Source: Selaginella moellendorffii (Eukaryota > Plantae > Lycopodiophyta). Taken from it: a stretch of 64,000 nucleotides of DNA. The translations under genes and the position numbers were made by a program. Of this stretch, positions 1-10,804 are shown in pieces (positions within the stretch are counted from its first letter, which is position 1; each line of letters opens with the position of its first letter). The notes below the pieces were generated by a model. It saw nothing but the letters and a program-made list of their open reading frames with translations. It was not told the DNA's origin and did no database searches. Where the stretch lies: NCBI RefSeq assembly GCF_000143415.4, contig NW_003314305.1:26391-90390 (forward strand). The letters are read 5' to 3'.

Positions 1-244
1 GTTTCACCGACACGGGGAGTCGTGTCTATACCCTCGTGGCCCCCAAGCTTCCGTTGTCCAAGCTCCTTCCACCGCAAACCGGTTGTACGCGGGAGTGGGC
101 CCCCACCAGGTCGGGCTTTTGGATTTCATAGTGCTCCAGATACGTTTTTGCATATTGACGATGATTCCAGCGCCGCTGCCAACACCGACACGACCACCAC
201 CACCGCTTCTTCTTCAGACCACCATCGCCACAACCACTCGAGGT

Positions 245-930
245 GCTACAAAGAATCGATCAAGAAAATATTGGCTATGCTAGAAAAGTTAGATGAAGAA
301 AGATTATATGCTTTATGGACAATTGAAGCCATACAAGCTAGGAGAAAAGCTTATCATGATAGAAAACAGACTAAAAAGAAAACTGATAAATTTGAAGTTG
401 GAAATGTGCTCTCAGATGGCGGCGGCTCTTCGTTTTTGTTGTGCGCATCCCTCTTGCAAACCGGACAGAATGGCCGTCGAGTCGTAAGCCACTGGTCTAC
501 ACAAGCTGCGTGGAAATCTGGAAGAAGAGAAAGAAGTGCGTAAGAACAACATAGCACGAAGAGAAAACAAAGAAACTCACCATGGTGGCAAGGTAGAACT
601 CGGAGCTTTTCACCGGATTCATACTCTTCCAGGCAGATGGCGCAAGTATCTGACGTCCCCTGGCCATCGCCCAAGCATTTAAATATGACTGTAGGGAGAG
701 CTTTCACTTCCCGTGCGCTCATTCCGTAAGAGTCTCGCAAAAGTTTTGTTCTATGGTATAGAGGAAATGTCGACAAAATCGGAGGCAAATTGGTACATCA
801 ATGGGAAGGACCATTCAAGATCACAAGCATGCAAACACTTGGCACAGCTCATTTAGCGACATTCAATGATGAAGAAATTCAAATAGTTAATCTCAATAAA
901 TTGAGAAAATATCAAGAACCAAGTATAGCG
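245..930 (+). mobile_element. Ty3/Gypsy integrase C-terminal fragment (non-chromovirus type), interrupted at 406-744
   Basis: LEKLDEERLYALWTIEAIQARRKAYHDR...KFEVGN resumes in the same frame as FVLWYRG...KLVHQWEGPFKI...NLNKLRKY (GPY/F motif); resembles the integrase tail at 40453-41220. Confidence 0.8.
406..744 (-). pseudogene. Captured fragment of a RING-H2 E3 ligase gene (RMR / PA-TM-RING-like) with a 63-nt intron (518-580)
   Basis: GMSAREVKALPTVIF...CAICLEEYESGEKLRVLPCHH|gtgag...ttccag|DFHAACVDQWLTTRRPFCPVCKRDAH. Confidence 0.85.
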
Positions 931-1410
931 TATATGCAAGCCAAGCACACCATGCTGGAATTGACTACCAATGAAACCAATACAACTCATGTTGTCCACA
1001 AAACAAGTCCACAACAATTACAAACAACTCTACTCCAGCAAAGACTTAGTGAAAATGCAAGAACACCATATGAACGAAACAATAAAATAGAGTTAGCCCT
1101 AACCCTGACGGCAAGGAAGTGCGCGCTGGAAGAGCACAAGGGTAAGCTTGAGTGGCAAGCAAATCTTGAGGTCACAAGTGCGCTATAGAGTGATTGTCAG
1201 CTAGGCGCCCTCACCCATCTCAAACGAGTGCATTAGATTCTAAGAAACACACAAATTGAGAGATACAAGAAGAAAGCAAGTAGAAAAGAGACTGCCCACA
1301 AAAGAAGCAAGAAGAGTGTGTTCATGAGTATAGAAAGAGCGCTCATATCTTTTCTTCTATTTGCATCACAGGTACAAGAGCATTCTCAACAGCGCCGAAG
1401 AGTTGACACA

Positions 1411-3190
1411 ATGCGAACCAAGCAAACTCCCAAGACAGATACTGTCATCTTCTCACAAAATCTTGAGTGGCAATTTAATGCTGATGTCAAGTGTTGGACT
1501 CGCACTCACAACCTCTTCAACTTTGCAGAACGAATGGCGGGATATCTCATAAATCTGAGCAACGAGAAGGCTCACTTGATGGATCTCGCCACCGGCCAGG
1601 TTGAACTTGAAGATTCGGAGGTGGCAGCAGCTCTATGTCTCCCAGACGAAGGCGAGCTAGTCTTTGCTCCACGCACATGGGCTTTAAGTCACGACATCAT
1701 GAAAGATCTTGAGAGCTACAACTCAGTACTTAGTTTGCAATTCTCCAACATCAAGGACGAGCTCTACAAAATCTTCAAGTTCCTTGTTCTCAACCTGGAA
1801 TTTCAAAAGACTGCCACGACAGTGAGCAGATTAGTGGCCTTCATCTACGAGGATCTTCAAGCTGGGAAGAAAGTGGATTTAGCAGGATATGTGATCCTGA
1901 AGTTTCGCAGGGAACTTAAGAAGGTGACAGCAGATCTCAACACGAGGAGATGTGTGAAGACACTGATACTACCATATGTCCGAGCCATCATCATGCACAG
2001 AAGTCAAGCCATGGTGATCTACAGTCCACCACCTCTGCCTCCACAGCATGCAGCCACAAAAAGTTCAAAGCGCCAAGCTGAAGAACACTTGATGAACACC
2101 AAGAAGAAAAAGGTCCAGTGAAAGACAACAACAACTCCACAAAGAAAGACATGGGGACAAGGCCGTAGAAACGTTGTGCCTCCACATATTGACAGTGACG
2201 ATAGTGATGTGCAAACAATCCAGCACGAGTTGCCGAAATGACAACAACTAAAGAGAACCTTTAGCTCCAAAACAAAACGGCAACAGAGTTTGGCACCTAC
2301 TCAGCCATCAACGAAGAGCTTGCAGCCTCCTAGCACACCACAGCTGGATTTGCCACCATCACCACCACAGGAACCGGCACCATCTCTGTCTCCAGGTACA
2401 ACAATTCCAATGGACGATCACATTTCACTGACGCAGGATATTCTTGAAAATCCTGAGATGGTTACAAATCCACCATCTGTTGAGCAGGGGCACAACACTT
2501 TTTACGAACCACCCACACAGCAGGAGCAGACCGCTGAGCAACACCAGCCTCAGCAGCAGCTTCCACCATTGTAGCTTGTCGAACAGCACCAACATTCGCT
2601 GCCACAGCCTGCTGAGCAGCCGTCTCCACCACACCAGCGTGCTGAGGAGCAGCCATCTTTGCCACAACAGCCAACTGAGCTACAGCAGCCAGCTAAACTG
2701 CACCAGACATTTGCTCCAGCCACCACCACTGCCGACAACATGCAGCCGCCTTGTTCAACAATGCAACGCCAATTTCATCATGAGCGCATGAACAACAAGC
2801 GCCACCACTACAATCCGGAGCAGCAGGAGCATCATCATCAGGAGCAGCAGCAACCGAAAGTGATCCGTCCCATGCCTACAAACTTCCTGGAGCAGTACCA
2901 TAACTCCAACATGGTGGTGTACACACGGGATGGCATGGAGAGCTTCTTTCACAATGTTTTTGCACGCCACACGAGGAGAAAATGGCGAGCATGGCTCAGG
3001 AACTCGATCAGGTAAAAGGAATCCTTCGCACTATACAGGCTCATGGACTTCCAACACCAAACATCTGCTGAGAATCTTTTGAGTTAGCGCAGCAGTACCA
3101 ACTCAAGAATGCCCGCCTCACCAAAGAGAACATGGAGCTCAAGGCCTGACTACAAGTGTTCGAGATTGCCATAAAGAACTACACTCGTGA
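1411..3190 (+). pseudogene. Accessory 3' ORF of the Gypsy fragment, unknown function, Pro/Gln-rich C-terminal half, several in-frame stops
   Basis: ORF-track pieces 1318-2121, 2290-2574 and 2659-3015 share one frame, separated by TGA/TAG stops; lies just downstream of the integrase fragment. Confidence 0.55.
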
Positions 3191-3399
3191 CGAGCTCAAG
3201 GACTACGAGGAAGAACCAGAGGCTAACACCACAACTACTACTACCACCACAATGGAAGCTTGAGCTGCAAGAGTTGCTCAACTCTAGTCGTCGGAGAGTA
3301 GAAAGGTACATGCATTTTTGCATCATGATTTTTGCACAAAGGCATTTCCTGAGTCAGGAATTGAGATCAGGATTACTTCCAGTCTAAATTCCTGATTTG

Positions 3400-5650
3400 G
3401 ATGACTGGGCATGTAGTGGTTATATAGGCTGGTGATAGCATGCTAGACCTATCCCCTTTCTGTTTTTTTATATCCTTGGCCATAATAACATACACTCCAC
3501 TTGCTCAACATTTACTCTTCCCTTCCATGCCTATCTTACTCACTGCCTTTTAGGGATCAAGGCTGTGAGATGTGCAACAATCTCAACTTCAACATCTTTG
3601 CAACAGCATATGGCTAAGTATTTCTTTCCTTTTTATGTTTGGATCTAGTTTAGATTAGAGAGGATTCACAAGATCATTGTAAAGGTGATTTTGTAGTTTT
3701 CCAAACATCTCAACAGAAGGCCCTATTCCTATACATCTTCCTTGAATGCCAACACTTTTGAATATTGCTCTAAAGCACATATCGAGATAGACAAGCTTCA
3801 TATAAACTCATCTTCCCTTTCCTTGCCTCAAAAGAATGCAAATTCTAGTGCTTACTTTCAAAGAGATTCACAATTAGGGTGTAAATGAGGTCCTCAAGTG
3901 GTTGATCATAATGGAAAAGGCAATATTAAGAGTTTATAATTTGTGAAGAAAAAATAGAAACCAACATGAAAAGAGTGATGTCCCCACTGGAACATCCTAA
4001 CCTCCCACCACCCTAACCATGACTTAAGTTGTGGTAGACAACTTATGTTCATATGGCCATTTTCACATTACCACATTCGGATCTTGTTTGCTTTTGCCTC
4101 ATACTCTCCTTCAGAAGGTGCAACTTACCACAACTCTTTAAACATTGATTGACATTCTAGCATGATAAGGTGGCAGTGTTGGTTTAGGATTTGAGCCTAA
4201 TAGAACTCACAAATCCTCTCATGACCTTCTAATAGTTGACCATTCCCAAAAACTACTCGGACACTATTCTAGTTTGCACCAGCCCTATCTACTATGAAAC
4301 CGTAGAAGTTTGCAGGCTTACTAGTCCGTTTTAGGACAATATCGGAGAGGGACTTCCAAAATATTTTCTAGGCTGTCTAGTCTTGTACTTTAAACTTTAC
4401 TGTCGCAATTGTCAAGTTACAACATAATCTATGAAAACACAAATATTACAACAATTTCAATATAATAAGAATAAAAATTATCTTGGATCATACACATGAG
4501 CTCCCATAGTTGTCCAACCCAATATGCATTCCATATGGTCAAAATATACCCATGCATTTACAAAGTCACTGGACCCAAACATGTCCATTTAGGAGACAAG
4601 ATCTACATCAAAGGCAGGGCCCATGGTACACATTTTAAAGATGAAGGGGCACTTCTGCTCATTCACAACTTGGTCTGGAAACAAACTTTTGTGGATGAAC
4701 TCATATAGATAGGTCCATTTCAATTCAAGCATAGAGTCAATTTTTTATTGCAATTTCCCCTCTTCAGATTCACACTACCAAGATTTTATCTTAAATAATA
4801 TTATATAACAGACATACCTCCTTAGGCTAGTAGCAGGTTGTACTCCTCATAGTAAGTCTCACAAGCTAACCTCATTTAGTTGAGTCTTTTGGCAATTTGG
4901 ATTAAGTAAGGTGTTTGCAATAAAATCCTTAAGAACGGTCTTCTGAACATGCTTCGGAGTTGCAAGTGAATTTCTCATGGTCTCTTCCTGCATAACATCT
5001 TTGAAACAGTTGAGAGAACTCCTTTATATCCCTTCCTGCATTGGACGCATGTGTGTGCCAACATGTACTGCATCTCTTCTAGCCACTCCATCTTGTGAAA
5101 GCAAGTAGTACATCTTGGACTCAGATATAACACAATATAGAAGAGCATTTTTACAGAATTGACACTTGAATCCAACAACAATGGTGTCATAGACTGAAGG
5201 ATTGACTACAAACCCTTTGAAGAATATAAAATTTCTACAATAGTCTCAATTGCATGCTTTATCTATGCAATTTAAATGCCTGTCACAATGAACTATAGAC
5301 ACTGTGCCTTCAAAATGTTGGAAGTGTATAGTTTTGATCTTGCACTAATTGTGGACATTTTGCTTGGTTTCCATCCTCTTTTGTTTGGAACCTGTGCTGT
5401 TAATATAAGGTGGTAGCTATAAAGTGGTAGCTTGAAGAAAATATTGTTGTTGTAAAAGGATGGAAGGTCACTCATGAGCTTATACAAAAACAAATGCATG
5501 TCGATTGAGAGGCATGAAAACTAGAAAGCATTGTTAACGGCTTTAAATATTGCTAAAGCTGGAGTTAGAGCTAGTGAGTACGGCACTGACACTAGCATGA
5601 CTTCTCCACTTAAACTAGAAGAGGATGAAAGGATAACAACTAACTCTTGC
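3400..5650 (-). pseudogene. Decayed MULE-like transposase with N-terminal GCM/WRKY-like Zn-finger region
   Basis: Manual translation: LPSFYNNNIFFKLP; FKCQFCK...C...KMYY...AVHVGTH; FIFKMCTMGPAFDVDLVS*MD...AWVYFDHMECILGWTTMGAHVYDP; NFYGFIVDRAGAN*NSVRVVFGNG; ERICEFY* (degenerate MULE CxxH); LKSWLGWWEVRMFQWG. Many stops; ends approximate. Confidence 0.65.
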
Positions 5651-6859
5651 TTCACATTCACTTTGGTTAAAGTGCATCTTAGCACTTTTACTAAAGATCC
5701 AAAAACTTGAATCTCTTTTGACTTGGAATTCTACAAATCCTATTGCTGTTCACCCTCGCCCATACTGGAAAGAAGAAACTCTGAGCATACAACTATACTG
5801 GTGTCATTGCAAATCATAGCCTCTAAATAAATAAAGCCAAGACAAAGATCAAAATGCCTACATAAAAAACTTTTGGAAACAATACTCTTAGAGAACAAAA
5901 GAGGTGGATAATCTCGAAAATGAAGAAAAAACCTCTCCATCCTTCTCAATAAGTTTTAGAATTATCTCTCTTTATGCTACTTGTAAAAATCCATAGTGAA
6001 ACATAATTGAAATTTAAATAGAGCAATAAGAAGAATATCAACAATGTATAAATGAATTTAAATTCTATAGCAAATTTAATATATGCAAGTGTGACAATAT
6101 TAATATTGCTATCATCTATTATGATGTCTAATGCATGTATACACATAGATCCAAGGAAGGATTTTCAGCACATGAAGTTTGATAATCAATAATGATATTT
6201 TGCTATAGTGTGTTAATCCAAAAGATCCAATCTGATTGTTAGCACATATGATGTGTCAAGTTGTCAAATCTTAAGTGGTAGATGATGATAATTCTTGTCA
6301 AATCTTATTCTTCAATGACAGATTTGATTCATAGTACAGCTCAAGTTTTATCCATAATTGTAAACACTACTCAATGACATTTAAAGCATGTGCCTATTAT
6401 TTAGGATTTAATACAACATAAAATAAATTTCTGGAAGAGGATTCATCTATTCATATGAATATAGTACAATATATTTTAATGTGCCTTATTTATACTCTTT
6501 AAAGTTCTTATAACGATTCCAAAGTATTTACAAAATATTGATAAGAATGCATCCTTTCTAGATAAATTTGAAAAAAATAGTACCATATCTCTAATAACAG
6601 AAACATTGGTAGGTGCTATTTATATCATCATTAAAATATAAAAAATAAAGAACCATAATTCACATATAATAATAATGATAAGATAAAATAAGATCAAAGA
6701 TATTGTGATGGTTGAGATTTAGGTTATTTGGAATGAATGGCCAGGATGAGAGATTGGTTAGCCATCAAGATTAGGGTTAGGGTAGCTGCCAAGATTAGGT
6801 TACTATTTGTGCTATGGAGAGATTGAGGGGTTGAGCGTCAAAAAGATCAAGGGATTGGA

Positions 6860-7108
6860 ACTTGGGCAGCCACCTCAGGCACTTTAGCCGCTCGACGGGC
6901 AAGGTTATTTGAATAACTTCAGCCCCTCGGGCGGCCAAACTGCCCAAGGTTGAGCTCGTGCCAGCCACCTTAAGCACTTTTGCTGCTAAGGGGTCGAGGT
7001 TATTCAAATAACCTTGGCCCCTCCTGCCCCGAAAGCGCTCAAGGTTGAGCTCAAGTCGGCCACCTCAGGCAATTTAGCTGCCAAGGGGGCTGAGGTTATT
7101 CAAATAAC
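6860..7108. repeat. Palindromic ~95-bp minisatellite, left part
   Basis: Cores GGTTATTnnAATAAC at ~6903, ~6998, ~7094, alternating with GAGCTC-centred palindromes. Confidence 0.85.
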
Positions 7109-8197
7109 TGTAAGGAACCAACTCGCCAAGGTGTCGTAGGCTAAAGGAACCCCGAAAGCATGACAAATATGACAAAGAGTTCATCGGATGGGACCAAGTC
7201 AAAGATCGAGTCCAAGACCGACTCGGGGACCGAGTTCGAGTCCGAGTTTGAGACCGAGTTCAAGACGGAGTCCGAGATCCGAAATTGGGTCCGAGACCGA
7301 GTCCGAGGTCGAGTCCGAGGTCGGGTCCAAGATCGGGTCCAAGATCGAGTCCGAGACCGAATCCGAAGTCGGATCCGAAATCGGGTCCGAGATCGAGCTA
7401 GAGACTAAGTCCAAATACTAATACGGGTCAAGGGGTGAAAGCCCAAAGCGTGCGTCTCCCAGGGGGGGGGGGGCTGCAAGGGGTTCCAAAAGTATAGTAA
7501 GGATAGTGAAGTCCAAGAACCAGTTTTGAAGGGACTCTCCAGTTGGGCTTCCAAACCGACTTGAGGTTGAGACTGGGACCGAGGGGCCTTGGGTGGGAGT
7601 GAGCATGGACTTGGCTGGTGCCGGAGGGGCCATCCAAGGAAGTGCTCAAGAGCAGCTCCCACTCCCGAAAGGGAAACCGATTGCGGTGCTCCCGGCTCAT
7701 GTGGAGTGGTGCCCCACTTGAGTACCATGCGGCTCATTGGTCCTCGCCCTTCCTAGGGGCTTGGGCCTTCCTTCGGGATGGAAGTGGGGGGGTAGAGGTA
7801 CCCATACCGGGCCGCTAGGCCACGGTGTTTTGCCCCGGCGTCCCGAAGCAAGTGTTGCACTCAAGACTTGGGATTTAGAGGGTCCCATGATCAAGTCTTG
7901 TGGTACCAAGGGATGTTAAGAACCTGGAAGCTTGGTGTGCTTGGCTGCTTGTGCTTGTGGGGAGTGTAGCCGAACCTTAAGTCCAATCTAACCCGGGGAG
8001 GGGGATTGGGAGTGATTTGGGAATTCGTGGATGGATGGCTAACACTCTGTTACTCGTGCAGTGAGTAGCTGAGACTAAGTAGGAGCTGGTACCATAGGCA
8101 AGAACCTTGGCAAGGGAACTTAGCAAAAGCCAAGGCAGTGTGGGACGGATAGACGAGGTAAGCTGGCAAATTGGAAAGGAAAAATTTGTGGCTTACA
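7109..8197 (+). repeat. 5' LTR (1089 bp) with internal GAGTCC/GAGACC-type hexamer tandem array (~7205-7405)
   Basis: Starts tgtaaggaacc, ends ggcttaca; the same termini occur at 19159 and 20974. Confidence 0.95.
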
Positions 8198-8200
8198 ATT

Positions 8201-8213
8201 TGGTATGAGAGCC
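8201..8213 (+). promoter_or_regulatory. Primer binding site, tRNA-iMet type
   Basis: tggtatgagagcc 3 nt after the LTR; one mismatch to TGGTATCAGAGC. Confidence 0.85.
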
Positions 8214-8256
8214 TTTTCCTCAGTTCTAGCGAAGGATAGAGGCGGATTGCTGGGAG

Positions 8257-9248
8257 ATGGCAAGGGCAGGGCGTAAGCGAACCCGGGCGGAGACGGAACC
8301 TCCGCCGGAGCTGGAGCCTCCGGTCGAACAAGAGGCTATGGATGAGGAATCCTTGCATGAGGAGGACTCCAGTGAGGAAATTTCCAAACAGGAGTCCGGT
8401 GGCGAGGTTCGGTCATCCAAGGCTCAATTGGATGTGCTAGAAGGACAGTTGGCACAGACCAATGCCTTGCTGGAGACTCTCGTACGCAAGTTAAAGCGTG
8501 ACGAGAAGCGGAAGAAAAAGCGAAAGACTGCGGATGCTAGCAGCGCAGAAGGTGCGGACCCTTCGGCAGGGACTGAGGCAAAACCAAACAAGGTCGAACA
8601 AACTGAAGTGGAATCAGTCCCTCAAGCAGTTCCCAAGTACAAACCAAAGCCCCCACCGGTCTTCGAGTGAATGACTATAAGGTTGTGGAGGATTGGTTTT
8701 ACGATATGGAGGACTACTTCCGAGCGTTGCGGTTGCCGAGCTCGGAGAAGGTCCCATGTGCAAAACCATACTTGGCAGATAATGCCAAGTCTTGGTGGAG
8801 AACGACGGAGGCCAACGAAGGACCAGTGGCCACTTGGGACATGATGAAGGCGAGAATCCGCGCAACATACGTTCCTCCAAATGCCACTCTGCATCTTAGA
8901 GATGAGCTGAGTAGGCTGAAGTAGACTGGAACCATCCAGGAATATGTGAATGGGTTCATGGCAAAGAGGATACTTGTCACGGACATGGGGGATATGGATG
9001 CGTTCCATGCCTTCATATCAGGTTTGCAAACCTGGGCTCACGGTGAGGTGATGCGCTGGAACCCGACCAACTACAAGGAAGCGTTGGATGCGGCCATCAA
9101 GGTGCATTTCAACGATAACCTGCGAAAGGGGAACACGACGGGGTCGGGATCCACGTTTAGCAAAGGGGCCAAACCAAGGGGAACGTATAGCAGGGGGAAA
9201 TTCAAGAAGAGTTTCTCTAAGAATGAGTCCTCAGGGTTCCGGAAAGAA
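8257..9248 (+). pseudogene. gag: gag (frameshift ~8668, stop 8922-8924, truncated before Zn knuckle and protease)
   Basis: PPVF...VEDWFYDMEDYF...YLADNAKSWW...TWDMMKARIRATY...LSRLK*TGTIQEYV...FISGL: retrotransposon gag pattern. Confidence 0.85.
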
Positions 9249-9906
9249 GCTCTATTTCGTTAAAGTGGGGTTTATTCAGTAAAATGGGACTAGGTACAAA
9301 TTTTCAAGTATTTGAAAATGACGTGAAATTATATGTTTTTTGTCCAGGGGCTAGACATATTTGGGGCATGGTGACTAGCGCGGTGACTTTGTGTCCAGAC
9401 TAAGTCCATCTGGTTGTATAATAAATCTCATTATCAAGGTGAACAAGCCGAATCTGAAGCTAAAGAAGAGCGATGGCATGTGCGCACACACTATTTGTTT
9501 GTTCATTGAGCGTGTGGTGAGCTTTCCAAGATGAATGTCATTCCTATTAGCCAGACATATAACTTAATGGTGAGAACATTTAGATATTATTCAATGTTAT
9601 CTTTTTCTAACGAATCTAATTGTGAAGGTGTAGCAAGAGGCATTGCTAGTCTGGAGAAGTCATTTAACTCATTTGACCCTTAGTGTATTTTCATGAAACT
9701 AAATAACATTCATATTATTAAGGAATTTCTCTAGTACCTTTTTTTTACGACATAGAGGCTTGCATTTCTTTCAAAGGTGATTTAGTAAAAGGCCTGAGGG
9801 CACATGCCATTCTATTTCTCAGACCGGTATTAAGATATACTAGTGCAAAGGGAAAAAGGTATTTGGTGATCAAGTAAATGGCATGAGGGCACACGCCATT
9901 ATAAGC

Positions 9907-10164
9907 CTAAGCGCTAGTGGACACCTCCTTTTTGGTACTCTCAGCGGTACTATCATCCTTCTCCGGGTCAGTTGTTTTGCTTTGGATTGTTGTCTCTGAC
10001 GTTACTGGGGCATTCTCGATAGTTGTTAATGTTGCCGTTTGTTCAGAAAAATGATCACCTGGAGTATAGTACGGGGAGTTTGGAAGACTTATATATTCTA
10101 CATCTTCACCTATCTCCTTCTCCGTCTCCTTTTCTGCCTCACTTACAGATTTTGTGCTTGCCAT
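9907..10164 (-). CDS. Small acidic Thr/Glu-rich ORF in the transposon block (uncertain)
   Basis: MASTKSVSEAEKETEKEIGEDVEY...; open frame with biased composition, no recognisable domain. Confidence 0.25.
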   Translation of the reverse strand: MASTKSVSEAEKETEKEIGEDVEYISLPNSPYYTPGDHFSEQTATLTTIENAPVTSETTIQSKTTDPEKDDSTAESTKKEVSTSA

Positions 10165-10804
10165 GAGAACGCTCTTCACCCTAAAATATGGAGTTCGTTG
10201 TGTTATAAAAGGAAACCAACACACACGCTGCAAGGGAATGATGGTACATAAAGCACGTAAGCCCACAATATGGGTTTATGTGCCATTAATATGGGCCACA
10301 CGCCATATTATTAGATTTATGCACATGTGATTGGTAAATACATATGTCACATCATCTTTGTTTTACCTCACACACTATATCAGGCCTAATGAACCATATC
10401 ACATGTGCACACATGCTATATATATGGAGAAGTATTATGCAAGGATAGAAAAATTCAATGCATGATTGTGGAGAGCAATGGCATGAAGCCACATGCTAAA
10501 TAACATTTTAGAGAAAGAATTAAAATAGAAACATACAAACTGTACTGAGTGGACCAAGACTTAGAAGTGCACAATTGAATGAGGTATTTCTAATAAATAT
10601 TTCACTCACCTCATATAGGAATGGCTACCACTCTCAAATGGCATATCACCTCATGCCATCACCTCGCAATTTGTTATAACAATCTGATGAATTCATATTC
10701 GGCTTGTTCACCTTGAACTTTAAGTAAGATTTGCTAGAACAACTAAGAATTTATACTTGTTATTTGTATCATCTCACCTAGGAATGGCGTAAGGCCACAT
10801 GCCA

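Noticed and set aside
7160-7421. RD/ES-repeat ORFs in the LTR
   Set aside because: Translation of the hexamer tandem repeat
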